Shown here piece by piece: positions 49,485 through 61,168 of a stretch of 64,000 nt of DNA (position 1 is the first letter of the stretch; every line of letters starts with the position of its first letter). Origin of the DNA: an uncultured Gemmatimonadales bacterium (lineage in GTDB: Bacteria; Gemmatimonadota; Gemmatimonadetes; Gemmatimonadales; GWC2-71-9); NCBI GenBank assembly GCA_963720365.1, contig CAVRFK010000017.1, positions 210,750 through 274,749 on the forward strand. Direction: 5' to 3'. A program made the position numbers and the translations under genes. Below the pieces are notes generated by a model that did no database searches, was not told the DNA's origin, and was given only the letters and a program-made list of their open reading frames with translations.

Positions 49485-52400
49485 ATGCTGCGTCGCGCCG
49501 CCCCGGCCCTGCTGCTCCTTCTGCTCGGCTTGCCTGGCCTGCTCCCGGCCCAGTACTTCGGCCGGAACAAGGTCCAGTACACCAATTTCGACTTCAAGGT
49601 CATCCAGACCGAGCACTTCGATGTGTACTTCTACGAGCGCGAGCGGGTCGCGGCGATGGACGCGGCCCGGATGGCGGAGCGCTCGTACGCCCGGCTCTCC
49701 AAGGTGCTCAACCACGAGTTCCGGGAGCGGAAGCCGATCATCCTGTACGCGTCGCACTCGGACTTCATGCAGACCAACGCCACCCAGGTGGGCGGCGAAG
49801 GGACCGGCGGCGTCACCGACTTCGCCCGCAACCGGGCCGTCATGCCGTTCACCGGCTCGTACTCGGATTTCGAGCACGTGCTGATGCACGAGATGGTGCA
49901 CCAGTTCCAGTACGACGTCTGGTCCCGCGGCCGGGCCGGCGCCGGCTTCGCCACGCTGGTGGCGATCGCGCCGCCGCTCTGGTTCGCCGAAGGCATGGCC
50001 GAGTACCTGTCCATCGGCCCGATCAACGCCGAGACGGCGATGTGGCTCCGCGACGCGTCGCTCGACGGCAAGCTGCCGACCATCGACCAGATGACGGTGG
50101 ATCCGTACGAGTTCTTCCCGTATCGCTTCGGCCATGCCCTCTGGTCCTACGTGGCCGAGCGCTGGGGCGACGAGGCGGTAGGCGCGATCCTCAAGGCCAC
50201 GCTGGCGGGCGGCGTCGAGCCCGCCTTCCGGCGCACCATCGGGCTCACGCTGGAACAGCTCTCCGAGCAGTGGCGCGACGCGGTCCAGAAGCGCTACCTG
50301 CCGGAGATCGGCGCGCGGGCTCGGGCCCGGTCCATCGCGAACGAGCTGTTGACCGAGAAGCGGTCGGACGGGACGCTGCACCTCGCGCCCGCGCTTTCGC
50401 CGGACGGGTCGCGGGTCGCGTACTTCAGCGAGAAGGATTTCTACTCGGTGGACCTGTACCTCGCCGACGGCGTCACCGGCAAGGTCGACCGGCGGATCCT
50501 CAAGTCCGGCATCAGCAGCAACTACGAGACGTACCGGTTCATCAACTCGCAGGCGAACTGGTCGCCGGATGGGAAGTATCTCGCCTTCGCGGCGAAACGA
50601 GGTCCCCGGGACGACATCCTCGTCGTGGACGTGGACCGCAACAAGGAAGTGCAGCGCATCGAGCTCAAGCTGAGCGGCGTCACCACTCCCGCCTGGAGCC
50701 CCGACGGCAAACAGCTCGTCTTCACGGGGTACGAGGGCGGCCTCAGCGATCTCTACGTCGTCAATCGCGACGGGAGTGGGCTGCGGCAGCTCACGGAGGA
50801 CAAGTACGCCGACCTCCACCCGGTCTGGTCGCCCGACGGCAGCAGCATCGCCTTCGCGACCGATCGCGGCCCCGAGACCGACTTCCGCACGCTCGCCTCG
50901 GGCAACTTCCGCATCGCGCTGTTCGACCTCGGCCACCGGCTCGGTACGGGTGCTCGACCGCATGGATCACGGCAAGAACGTGAGCCCGCAGTGGAGCCCC
51001 GACGGCAAATCCCTGGCGTTCGTGTCCGACCGCAACGGGGTGAGCAACGTCTTCCTGTACGAGCTCGACGGCAACGAGGTCTACCAGCTCACCGACTTCT
51101 ACACCGGCGCCCAGGGCATCACGCCCCTCTCGCCGGTGCTCTCCTGGGCTTCACAGGCGGACCGGCTCGCGTTCGTCTACTTCGAGGCCAGCGAGTACGA
51201 CGTCTACAGCATCAACAACCCCCGCAGCCTCAAGCGGCAGCCGTACCAGGATCAGGCCCAGGACAGCGTCGGAATCCTGGCCCGCGCGGTCACGCCGCCG
51301 ATGGATACCACCCGCTCGTTGCAGGTCAAGGAGGACGTGCGGGCGCAGGTGGGCGAGGGCGGATCGATCTACAAAACGCCCCAGGGCTTCCGGTCGTCGG
51401 GCGAGGTGGTCCAGTCGGGCGATTCGACCCGTCCGACGACGCCGGTGTCCATCGCGGCACTGCTCGACTCGGCGAACTACAGCCTGCCCGACACCAGCGA
51501 GTTCACGCTCAAGGAATACCGGACCAAGTTCACCCCCGACTACGTCGCGCGGCCGTCCATCGGCTATGCCCGCGACAACTTCGGGCGCGGATTCTTCGGC
51601 GGGTCGGCGATCTCGCTCAGCGACATCCTGGGCAACAAGCAGCTCATCTTCGCCGGCTACGTGAACGGCCGGATCAGCGAGGCCCAGATCCTCGCGGCCT
51701 ACGCCAATCTGAGCAACCGGATCAACTGGGCGGCAGGCATTTCCCAGGATCCGTACTACTTCCTGGAGCCGAGCGCGATCGAGCCGGGACGCAATCCGAC
51801 GGAGAACATCTTCGTCACCAACATCCGCCGGCTGGTGGTCCGCTCGGCGTTCGCTTCGGCGTACTACCCGCTGTCCCGCTTCCAGCGGATCGAGGCGGGG
51901 ATGCGGTTCGCCAACGTGGACGACGCGATCCTCAAGATCAACGAGCCGTACAACCCGGCGACCGGCTTCGCCACCGACGATCCGTTCCTGGAGACCGATA
52001 ACCTTCCGGGCGTGACGTACGGACAGCCGTCCATGGCGCTGGTGTTCGACAACTCGCTCTTCGGGTACGTCGGTCCGTTCTACGGCCGCCGGTACCGCTT
52101 CGAGCTGGCCCAGACGCTGGGGGGCTGGAGCTTCTCCCAGGTCACCGCCGATTTCCGGCGGTACGACCGGATCGTGGGCCCGATCGTCTTCGCCACCCGC
52201 CTGCTCTACTTCGGGCGCATCGGACCCGACGCACGCGAGTTCCGGATCTACGCCGGCAGCACCGACCTGATCCGCGGCAACACGTCCGGCTCGTATCGGC
52301 GGAACGAGTGCCTCAACGCCGACGACCCTGGCTCCGAGACCGGCTGCTCCGAGCTGGACCGCCTGGTCGGCACCCAGATCGGCGTCGCCTCGGCCGAGCT

Positions 52401-52689
52401 TCGCTTCCCGATCCTGAACCCGTCGTACGGGCTGCCGGCGGCGTTTCCTCCGCTGGAAGGCGCGATCTTCTACGATATCGGCCTCGCCTGGGATAACGAG
52501 ACCACCATCCGGTGGAGCCGCCGCGCGGGTGACGATCCCACACGCGTCCGCACGCCGCTCCAGACGCTCGGCGTATCGGTGCGCGCGAACCTGTTCGGCT
52601 TCGCGGTGGCGCGGCTGGATTACTCGGTTCCGCAGAATCGGCCGGCGGTCAAGGGGCTCTGGACCTTCAGCCTCGGGCCGACGTTCTAG
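49485..52689 (+). CDS. Outer-membrane fusion protein: MA-clan-like HExxH region + TolB-like beta-propeller repeats + Omp85/surface-antigen beta-barrel; one frame break near 50931
   Basis: Signal peptide LLLLLLGLPGLLPAQ, then HVLMHEMVHQF. Repeated propeller motifs are SPDGSRVAY, WSPDGKYLAF, WSPDGKQLVF, WSPDGSSIAF and, after the shift, WSPDGKSLAFVSDRNG. The C-terminal barrel (STDLIRG...) ends ...GLWTFSLGPTF with a terminal Phe. Confidence 0.75.
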
Positions 52690-52701
52690 CGGGCACGACG
52701 A

Positions 52702-52769
52702 GTGTCACCCTGAACGCAGTGAAGGGGACCATGCCGGTATGGTCCCCTTCACTGCGTTCAGGGTGACAC
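52702..52769. repeat. Palindromic repeat family member (31-nt perfect arms)
   Basis: GTGTCACCCTGAACGCAGTGAAGGGGACCAT (52702-52732), a 6-nt loop GCCGGT, then the exact reverse complement (52739-52769). Confidence 0.9.
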
Positions 52770-52800
52770 TCTCCGCTCCCTTGCAGCGCGCTTGCCTACT

Positions 52801-54219
52801 ATGTTTCCTCACGTGAATCTCACCCACATCACCCTGGCCGCCGGTCTGATTCTGTCGCTGGCCGGCTGCGGGGGCGAGCCCGATCTCGCGGCCGGCAATC
52901 TGCCGGCGGTCGGGCGGGGTCCGGAGATCAGCACCGTCCTCCGGGTTCCTCGCGAAGGCGGCGCGGCGCGGCTCTACCGCGTACCCAACCTGGAGCCCTC
53001 GGCGTGGAAGCTGGAAGACAAGCTTCCCCCGCTCCAGCGGGCGCTCGGCGCCGATCCGGAACAGGGATTCGTCTTCCTGCTGGACAAGAAACGCAACGTG
53101 GTAGCCCTGGACCTCGAGACGCGCCGCATCCGGCCCTCGCTCGAACAGGTGCGCTATGCCACCGTCGGTCCTGACGGCGCGCTGTACGCGGTGGACACCG
53201 GCAAGACCGTCACGCAGATGATGCGCCGGACGCCGGTGCGGTTCCGCTCGAAGCTGCAGGGTGCGCCTCGCGAGCTGCACGCGACGATGGGCGGCACGCT
53301 CGTCGCCAGTCTCGCGGGTGACGAGGCAAAGGTGGAGGTGCTCGGCTCCGAGCGGCCACCGTCTTCGTTCGAGGTGCCCGCCGGCCGGCAGGCCCTGACC
53401 TTCTGGGGCGACCTGGTCGCCATCGCGGCCGACAGCGCCGTCGTCATCTACGAGACCGAGGGCAACAGCGACGGCGACCGCGACCGGATCTCGATTCCGG
53501 TCTCGGGCGACGCGAAGGCCGTCATGTTCTCGCCGTCGGGGCACCGGATCTACGTGGCCCGTGCGTCGGACGGTCTGCTGGTCCTCGACCGCGTGAGCGG
53601 TACCGAGCTGCAGGAGATCGATCTCCCCGGCCCGGCGATCGGACTGAGCGGCGACCTCTTCGGCCAGTGGGTGCTGGTCCGTCCCGCTTCGGGCGACTCC
53701 GCCTGGGTGGTGGACGTCGGGCGCGGCGGATTCGTCGGCACCGTGGACGTGGAGTGGGACGAGGACCTGCCGGCGGTGGTGTCGCCCAACACGCTGGTGA
53801 CGCGCCGAGGCAAGGACGTCGTGGCGGTGGACCTCGCGGGGAAGGGATTCCCCGTGCGAGGCAAGATCGAGGACGCGGCGGGAGATTCCTGGCTGCCGCT
53901 GGCCTGGCACCCGCCGCAGGAGGAGAACGTTCCCGTCAACGCCGACTCGGCGGCGCTCGCCGCGGCGGCCGATTCGGCGAAGGCGGCGCAGGTGTACCTG
54001 CAGGTCAGCAGCTCGCAGAATCCGACCTGGGCGGAAGAGCTGTCCCAGCGACTGAGGGCCGCGGGTCTTCCCGCCGCGGTCCTCAAGCCGGCCCGGAGCG
54101 ATGAAGCCTATCGCGTCGTGCTGGGCCCCTATGCCACCCGCGAGCAGGCGGAGGAGACGGGACGCGGGATCGGCATGCCGTCATTCGTGGTGACGACGCA
54201 GGATCCTCCCTCTCAATAA
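52801..54219 (+). CDS. Lipoprotein with C-terminal SPOR (peptidoglycan-binding) domain
   Basis: MFPHVNLTHITLAAGLILSLAGCGG is the lipobox. The C-terminus is YLQVSSSQNPTWAEELSQRLRAAGLPAAVLKPARSDEAYRVVLGPYATREQAEETG (SPOR-like). A TTG at 52792 is also possible. Confidence 0.65.
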   Translation: MFPHVNLTHITLAAGLILSLAGCGGEPDLAAGNLPAVGRGPEISTVLRVPREGGAARLYRVPNLEPSAWKLEDKLPPLQRALGADPEQGFVFLLDKKRNVVALDLETRRIRPSLEQVRYATVGPDGALYAVDTGKTVTQMMRRTPVRFRSKLQGAPRELHATMGGTLVASLAGDEAKVEVLGSERPPSSFEVPAGRQALTFWGDLVAIAADSAVVIYETEGNSDGDRDRISIPVSGDAKAVMFSPSGHRIYVARASDGLLVLDRVSGTELQEIDLPGPAIGLSGDLFGQWVLVRPASGDSAWVVDVGRGGFVGTVDVEWDEDLPAVVSPNTLVTRRGKDVVAVDLAGKGFPVRGKIEDAAGDSWLPLAWHPPQEENVPVNADSAALAAAADSAKAAQVYLQVSSSQNPTWAEELSQRLRAAGLPAAVLKPARSDEAYRVVLGPYATREQAEETGRGIGMPSFVVTTQDPPSQ

Positions 54220-54236
54220 ACGGGGCCGAGGTCTTC

Positions 54237-57200
54237 ATGAAGCTGACCAAGCTCGAGCTCTCCGGATTCAAGTCCTTCGCCGACACCGTCACGCTGACCT
54301 TCGAGGAAGGCGTGACCGCCATCGTCGGTCCCAACGGCTGCGGCAAGTCGAACGTCTCCGACGCGGTGCGCTGGGTCCTGGGCGAGCAGTCGGCCCGCCT
54401 GCTCCGCGGCGGCAAGATGGAAGACGTCATCTTCCAGGGCTCCGCCGCCCGCCGGCCGGTCAACGTCACCGAGGTCTCCCTCTTCCTCGACAACAGCGAC
54501 GGCGACCTGCCGATCGCCTACCGTGAAGTCGTGGTGACCCGCCGGCTCTCCCGCTCCGGCCAGAGCGACTATCTCCTGAACGGCGCTCCGGTCCGGCTCC
54601 GGGACATCCAGGACCTGCTTCGCGGCACCGGCCTCGGCAGCGACGCCGGCGTGGTCATCGAAGCCAAGATGATCGACCTTCTCCTCTCCGACCGGGCCGA
54701 CGAGCGGCGATCGCTGTTCGAAGAGGCGGCCGGCATCGGACTCTACCGCGACCGGAAGCACAGCACCGAGCGTCGCCTGGAAGAGACCGCGGTAGACCTC
54801 CAGCGGGTGGAGGACTTGATCGCGGAGGTCCAGTCGCAGATCCGGAGCCTGGCGCGCCAGCGCGGCAAGGCGGAGCGCCACGCGAAGCTGACCGAGGAGC
54901 GGTTCGCGGTGCAGCTCACCCTCGCCCGCCGGCTGCTCGAGCGGCTCAGCGCGGATGTAGCCGGCATGGAGGCGCGGTTCGCGGAGCTGTCGTATCTGCT
55001 GCCCGCCGCGCGCACGCGCGTGACCGAAGCGGAGCACCGGCGTGAAGAGACGGCTCGCGCCCGTGCCGCCGCCGAGGCCCAGCGGACGGACATCGCGAGC
55101 CGTCTGGCGACCGTGCGAGTCGAGCTGGGCAAGCTGGACGGCGACCTCGCGCTCGCCGACGAGCGTCTGGCCAACGCCCACACGCGCCGCACCCGCGCCG
55201 AGGACGAGCGGTCGCAGGCCCTGCTGCGGGCTCAGCAGGCCACTGCGGAACAGGAATCGGCCACGGCCGATCGCGGTGCCGCCGGCGGGGAGCACGAACG
55301 GATCCGCTCGGAGCTGGCCGGACGGGCGAGCGCCGAAGAGGATGTCCGCCGCCGCCTGACGGAGCAGCGGGACGGCGTGCGCCGCCGGGAGCAGGAGCTG
55401 CAGCAGCAGGCCCAGACCCTCCGCTCGCTGGAAGGCGAGCGCACCGCGCTCGAAGGCGAGCTCGCCTCCTTGCGGGAGCGCGTCACCCAGGCCGCCGCCC
55501 ATCGGGCCACCCTCCAGATCGAGCTCGCCGCCGCCGAGCGCCGGCGCGACCAGGCTATCGAGCGCGCCGGGTACCAGAGCCACGAGGCCAAGCGCGCCGC
55601 CGCCGAGGCCGAGCACGCCCGTCATCTCGTAGCGGAGACGCGCGAGCGCGAGGCGATGCACCGCGCCGACCGCCGCCAGGCCGAAGAGGCCCTGGCCCAG
55701 ATGACCGCGAGACGGAACGCCCTCGAGGAGCTGGAGCGCGATCGCGTCGGCCTCGCCCCCGGCGCGGCGGCGCTGCTGGCCGCCCGGGACCAGTTCAACG
55801 GCGGCGTGCTGGGTCCGCTCAGCGACTACGTGACCACCGGCCGCGAGGACGCCGAGCTGGCGGAGCGGCTGCTCGGCAACTGGATGCACGCCGTGGTGGT
55901 GCGGGATGTGGAGACGGTGCGCGCGGTGCAGGCGTGGCATTCGACCACCCAGCCCGGCGCGGTCATCCTGCTGCCACTGGATCCGGGTCCTCAGATCGGC
56001 GGCAACGCGACGGACATGCACGAGAAGCTCCGGGCGGAAGCCCCGGCCGCCAGCTGGGTGCGCGCCGCGCTGGCGGGCTCCGAGGTCGTGGACGGCACGG
56101 GCCGCGTACTCCGCCGGGCCAGCGGCGCGATCTTCCTCAGCGGCATCGGCACCCCGTCGGGCCCGCTGCGCCGGCGCGCGGAGCTGGCATCTCTCGAGCA
56201 CGACACCGAGCGCGCCGGCCACGCCGTGACGGCCGCCGCGTCGGCCCTCGAGGGCACCGTCGCCAATCTGGCCGAGCGCGAGCGCAGTCTGGGCGAAGCG
56301 ACGGCGGCCACGGAGCAGGCCCGCGAAGCGGAACGTCAGTCCGCGGCGGCGCGCGAGGATGCGGTGCGGGTAGCCGCCAATCTCGACCCGCGAGTCGGCC
56401 GACTCCGAGTCCCAGCTCGCCCGGCTTACCGAGCGCCTCGCCCGCTCCGAGCAGCGTTTGACCGAGATCGACGCTGCGCTCGTCGAGGGCGAGATCGCGC
56501 GCGGCCGGCTGGACCAGGACCTCGGCTCCGCGCGGGCGCTGCTGGCCGATCTCGAGAGCGAGCAGGAGGCCGCGCGGGAACAGCGGGTCCATTGGCAGGT
56601 GCAGGAGGCGCACGTCGCCGGTGGCCTGCGATCGGCCGAGGAGCGGCTGGCCCGGGCCGAAGCGATGCGCGCCGAGGCGGAGCTGGCGGGCTCGATCCTG
56701 GCCCGCGAGCTGGCCCAGCTCGACGCCGACGAGGCCGTCGTGATGCGGCAGCAGGGCGAGTGGCGCGAGACCCGCTCGGACCGCGAGATCGCGCTGCACC
56801 GGCTGGAGAGCGCCAGTGCCGACGCGGAATCCACCCTCGCGAGCACGGAGTCTTCTCTCGCGGCGGCCGAGCGCGAGGTGATCGACGCCCGCACCACGCT
56901 CGAATCCGGCAACGAGGAAAGCCACGTTCTCCAGGTCCGCCTCACCGAGGCGGCCGGCGACCGCAAGGGCATCGTCGAGCGCGTGGAAGCGGAGTGGCAT
57001 CGCCCCTTCGATCAGCTCATGGAAGGCGCCCCGATGCTCGATCTCGACCTGGAAACGCTCCAGACCGAAGCCGCTCGCATCACCGAGACGCTCGACGCTA
57101 TCGGCCCGGTGAATGCCTTGGCGGTCGAAGAGCACGCCGAGGAGGTAAAGCGGCTCGAGTTCCTCACCGCGCAACGCGACGACCTGGTGGGGGCTCGCCA

Positions 57201-57708
57201 GTCGCTGATCCAGGCCATCCGGGAGATCGACGGCACCGCCCGCACGATGTTCCTCGAGACCTTCACGGCCGTGCAGGGCAACTTCCTGCGGGTCTTCCAG
57301 ACCCTGTTCGGCGGCGGCGAGTGCGAGCTACGTCTGGCCAATCCGGACGATCCCCTCGAGAGCGAGATCGATATCCACGCCGCACCGCGCGGCAAGCGCA
57401 CCCAGCGCATCCACCTCCTCTCCTCCGGTGAGCGGACGCTGGTGGCGGTGTCCCTGCTCTTCAGCATCTACCTCACCAAGCCGAGCCCCTTCTGCCTCAT
57501 GGACGAGGTGGACGCGCCCCTGGACGATGCGAACGTGGGCCGCTTCACCCGGCTGCTGGACGAATTCAAGACCGGGACCCAGTTCCTGGTCATCACCCAC
57601 AATCCACGGACGATGCAGGCCGCAGATGCCGTGTACGGGGTGACCATGCAGGAGCCAGGGGTGTCCACCATCGTGGGCGTCCGGCTCGGGGAGTGGGAGC
57701 ACGCGTAG
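54237..57708 (+). CDS. smc: Chromosome segregation protein SMC; one frame break near 56387-56389
   Basis: MKLTKLELSGFKSFADTV...IVGPNGCGKSNVSDAVRWVLGEQS, long coiled coils and a hinge. After the shift: RESADSESQLARLTERL...LSSGERTLVAVSLLFSIYLTKPSPFCLMDEVDAPLDDANV...VITHNPRTM. Confidence 0.9.
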
Positions 57709-57748
57709 GGGGTAGTTGCTGGCCTAGAGCTTGCTTTGGGGTCATTCT

Positions 57749-57830
57749 TGTCATCCCGAGCGGAGCGAGGGATCTTCTCGGCGGGCCCGGAAGCCGGCCG
57801 GCCAGATCCCTCCCTTCGCTCGGGATGACA
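57749..57830. repeat. Palindromic repeat family member (imperfect arms, 28-nt spacer)
   Basis: TGTCATCCCGAGCGGAGCGAGGGATCT (57749-57775) faces AGATCCCTCCCTTCGCTCGGGATGACA (57804-57830). Confidence 0.85.
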
Positions 57831-57855
57831 GCATTCAGACCCCAGGAGACCCTGA

Positions 57856-58896
57856 ATGCTCGTCGTCATGCGCCACGGCGCGCCGCAGGAAGACATCGAC
57901 CGCGTGGTGGCCACCATCGAGGAGATGGGCTACGCGGCGCGCCCGATGCCCGGCAAGCAGCGCACCACCGTCGGGCTGGTCGGCAACGACGGGCGGGTGG
58001 ACGGCTCCCGGCTCGAGGCCCTGCCCGGCGTGCAGGAGATCCTGCACGTCACCAAGCCGTACAAGCAGGTCTCCCGGGAGTGGAAGCCCGAATCCACCGT
58101 CATCCGGCTTCCCGGTGGGCTCAGCATCGGCGGCGATGACGTAATCGTGATGGCGGGCCCCTGCTCGGTCGAGAGCGAGCGGCAGATCCTCGACGCCGCT
58201 CGCGCGGTACGCGACGCGGGGGCGACGGTCCTCCGCGCCGGCGCCTTCAAGCCGCGCAGCTCACCCTACTCCTTCCAGGGACTCGGGCGCGCCGGCCTCA
58301 AGCTGCTGGCCCGCGCCCGGGAAGAAACCGGCCTGCTCATCGTGACGGAGGCGATGGACGCCGAAGGGTTGGACCAGGTGCTCGAGGTGGCCGACATCGT
58401 CCAGATCGGCGCCCGGAACATGCAGAACTATTCCCTGCTCAAGCTCGCCGGTCGCGCGCGGAAGCCGATCCTCCTCAAGCGGGGCCTCTCCGCGACCATC
58501 CAGGAGCTGCTGCTCTCCGCCGAGTACATCCTCGCCGAGGGAAATCCGGACGTGATCCTCTGCGAGCGCGGCGTGCGCGGCTTCGATTCGTCCACCAGGA
58601 ATCTTTTCGACTTGAGCGCGGTGCCGGTGGTGCACAATCTGTCGCACTTGCCGATCGTGGCGGATCCGAGCCACGGCACCGGGCATCGCGACATGGTGAT
58701 TCCGATGGCACGCGCCGCGGTGGCGTCCGGCGCCGATGGTCTTCTGGTCGAGGTCCATCCGGCGCCGGATCGGGCCCTCTCCGACGGCGCGCAGAGCCTC
58801 TACCCTGAACAGTTCGAGCGGCTGATGCGCGAGACGCGGCTGATCGTCGAAGCGATCGGACGGCGGCTGGCGGAGCCGGTGGGAGTGCGCTCGTGA
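57856..58896 (+). CDS. 3-deoxy-7-phosphoheptulonate (DAHP) synthase, class I-beta with N-terminal regulatory domain
   Basis: 346-aa ORF. It has an N-terminal ferredoxin-like segment ([26 protein letters not shown]). Catalytic motifs follow: [55 protein letters not shown]. Confidence 0.85.
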   Translation: MLVVMRHGAPQEDIDRVVATIEEMGYAARPMPGKQRTTVGLVGNDGRVDGSRLEALPGVQEILHVTKPYKQVSREWKPESTVIRLPGGLSIGGDDVIVMAGPCSVESERQILDAARAVRDAGATVLRAGAFKPRSSPYSFQGLGRAGLKLLARAREETGLLIVTEAMDAEGLDQVLEVADIVQIGARNMQNYSLLKLAGRARKPILLKRGLSATIQELLLSAEYILAEGNPDVILCERGVRGFDSSTRNLFDLSAVPVVHNLSHLPIVADPSHGTGHRDMVIPMARAAVASGADGLLVEVHPAPDRALSDGAQSLYPEQFERLMRETRLIVEAIGRRLAEPVGVRS

Positions 58897-59561
58897 ACAT
58901 TCGTTGGCAGGGACTGACCGCGCTGGTGGCCCTCGGCATCATGGCCGGTGTCGCGGAGCCCGCCTCGGCGCAGGACGCGCAGGCCATCGTGGGCCGCTCG
59001 TCCCGGGTGTACCGCTCGCTCGCGAGCCTGGCTGCCGACTTCGTGCAGGTGATCGACAACCCGATGATCGACAGCGCGGAGAGCAGGGGCACCCTGATTC
59101 AGGCCGGGCCGTCGAAGCTCTCGATGCGGTTCTCCGACCCGCCGAAGGAAGCCGTCATCGTGGATGGCGAGCACGTCTGGGTCTACACCCCCAGCACGGT
59201 GCCGGACCAGGTGCTCCGGCTGTCCGTGCCCAGCGGTGGCCCGGTGTACGGGTACAACCTGCTGGCCTGGTTCCTCGACCGCCCCGCCGAACGGTACACC
59301 GCGAAGTTCGTCCGGCAGGACAAGATCGGCACCCGCGCCATGGACGTGGTCGAGCTGGTACCGGCGGTGCCCGACCTGCCGTTCGAGCGGGCGATCCTGT
59401 GGCTCGATCGCGAAGACGCCCTTCCCCGGCGACTGGAGATCACCGAGAAGAGCGGCGCTCTGCGCACCTTGTCGCTCTCGAAGCTGCGGGTAAATCGGCA
59501 GGTACCCGACGCCACCTTCAAGTTCGAGGTGCCGCCGGGCGTTCGGGTGGTGGATCAGTGA
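58893..59561 (+). CDS. lolA: LolA-like outer-membrane lipoprotein carrier protein
   Basis: 222-aa ORF with a signal peptide. The sequence ...[35 protein letters not shown]...[10 protein letters not shown]... fits the LolA pattern. Confidence 0.65.
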   Translation: MNIRWQGLTALVALGIMAGVAEPASAQDAQAIVGRSSRVYRSLASLAADFVQVIDNPMIDSAESRGTLIQAGPSKLSMRFSDPPKEAVIVDGEHVWVYTPSTVPDQVLRLSVPSGGPVYGYNLLAWFLDRPAERYTAKFVRQDKIGTRAMDVVELVPAVPDLPFERAILWLDREDALPRRLEITEKSGALRTLSLSKLRVNRQVPDATFKFEVPPGVRVVDQ

Positions 59562-61129
59562 ACCTGAGGCGCGTCCCCGCCGGAGAGGCCTAGCAGAGCC
59601 TGCGGGGAGGTCGTGCCCCGCACCAGCTCGATGGCGCGCTGAATCTGCGGATCACCGGCGGCGCGCCGCCGCCGCTCGGCCGCCGGCCCGAACGCGTACC
59701 GCGCGATCTCGAAGCCGAGCTGCTCGTCCACGATCCTGCTCCCACCGCCGTAGACGCTGTCCGCGATCGCTACCCCCCGCTGCGCCAGCCGCCGCTTCAC
59801 CTCCACTCGCATCTCGGGCGATACCTGGAATCGCTCGTCGGCGACCGCCTGGCCTTTCTTGAGCTCGAGCGCATACGCGGTCAGCACATCGCGGAATACC
59901 GGCACCTGCTCGCCCAGCGACTGGGCAAACAGCGCCTCGGGCGTGGTGAGCGTGTCGGGCGCGAGTACCACATCGGGGACCAGCCCGCTGCTCGACGTCA
60001 GCTTCCGGCCACCCGAGGAGTACGTCGCCTCGGTCTGAGCCACGTGCTCGGCGCCCATCGCGGAGTCGAGCGCGGCGCCCTGGATGGACCGCCCGCTGGG
60101 CGTGTACCAGCGGGCGGTGGTCATCCGGAGCAGCAGATCGGGCGCGAGGGTGAAGACCGTCTGCACGATGCCTTTGCCGTAGGTCGTGTCGCCCACGATG
60201 AGTGCACGATCGTGGTCCTGGAGCGCCCCTGCGATGATCTCCGCCGCGCTGGCCGTCCCCCCGCTCACCAGCACCACGACCGGGAGATCGGGCCACCGCT
60301 GCGGGCGGTAGTCGCTCCACCGGTGGTTGTCGCCCGGTGCCCTGCCCTTGCTGACCAGAATCTCCTCCCGCGGATCGAGGAAGAGATCCGCCGCCGCGAC
60401 CGACTCGTCACGGAGCCCGCCCGGGTTGGCACGCAGGTCGAGCAGCAGGAGGCGCATGCCCTGCTGCATCAACTTCTCGATTTCGTCTTCCAGCTCTTCG
60501 GCGGCGTTCTCCCGAACCATGGACATGCTGAGATAGCCGACGCTGTCCTGCAGCAGCAGGCCGGCGGGTACGGCGCGCTGGTGAATGCGCTCGCGGATCA
60601 GACGGTAGCGCATCGGCTCGGGCGCGCCATCACGCTGAATCGCGATGTCGATCGGCGTGCCGAGCCCGCCTCGCATCGCCTTGACCGCCCGATCCAGCGT
60701 CCAGTCCGCGGCGGGTTGCCCGTCCACCTCGAAGAGGCGGTCTCCGGTTCGAATGCCGGCCCGCTCCGCGGGCGAGTCCGTCATCGGTGTCACCACGGTC
60801 ACCCACCCGTTCCGCGCATCCACCAGAAGGCCGATGCCGGCGTAGTCTCCCGTGGTCCGTTCGACGTGGCGCTCGAGATCGGTGCCCGAGAGGAGGGCTG
60901 CGTAAGGATCGCGAAGCTGCGTGAGGAGACCGTCGGTGGCCTTGCGGTAGAGATCATTCTCCCCGACCGAGTCCACATGGTAATCCCGCACGTGCTCCAG
61001 CACGGTCTCGAACAGCCGGGCCTGCTGGTAGACGTCGCCGGTCGCCGCCGCCTGGCGTTGGAGGAACCAGCCGCTGGTGAAACAGGTGACCATCGCGATC
61101 GTCGCGAGCAGCTGCCAGCGTCGGGGCAT
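59555..61129 (-). CDS. S41 family C-terminal processing peptidase (PDZ + S41 + C-terminal helical domain)
   Basis: 524-aa ORF: YAGIGLLVD..GWVTVVTPMTDSPAERAGIRTGDRLFEVDG (PDZ), LLLDLRANPGGL, VLVSGGTASAAEIIAGALQDHDRALIVGDTTYGKG. Confidence 0.85.
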   Translation of the reverse strand: MPRRWQLLATIAMVTCFTSGWFLQRQAAATGDVYQQARLFETVLEHVRDYHVDSVGENDLYRKATDGLLTQLRDPYAALLSGTDLERHVERTTGDYAGIGLLVDARNGWVTVVTPMTDSPAERAGIRTGDRLFEVDGQPAADWTLDRAVKAMRGGLGTPIDIAIQRDGAPEPMRYRLIRERIHQRAVPAGLLLQDSVGYLSMSMVRENAAEELEDEIEKLMQQGMRLLLLDLRANPGGLRDESVAAADLFLDPREEILVSKGRAPGDNHRWSDYRPQRWPDLPVVVLVSGGTASAAEIIAGALQDHDRALIVGDTTYGKGIVQTVFTLAPDLLLRMTTARWYTPSGRSIQGAALDSAMGAEHVAQTEATYSSGGRKLTSSSGLVPDVVLAPDTLTTPEALFAQSLGEQVPVFRDVLTAYALELKKGQAVADERFQVSPEMRVEVKRRLAQRGVAIADSVYGGGSRIVDEQLGFEIARYAFGPAAERRRRAAGDPQIQRAIELVRGTTSPQALLGLSGGDAPQVH

Positions 61130-61168
61130 GAGGGGACCTCGCTGAGGAAACGACTCCGCGGGATACAG

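Noticed and set aside
54213-56972. Very long antisense ORFs opposite well-supported genes. Examples are 54213..56972 (919 aa) opposite smc, 25434..27671, 24641..25900, 36694..38658, 16844..18565, 60044..61708, 42150..43424 and 49416..50963.
   Set aside because: They have Arg/Ala/Gly/Pro-dominated low-complexity composition typical of wrong-frame or shadow ORFs in very GC-rich DNA. Each lies opposite a gene with clear family motifs, and none has recognisable motifs of its own.
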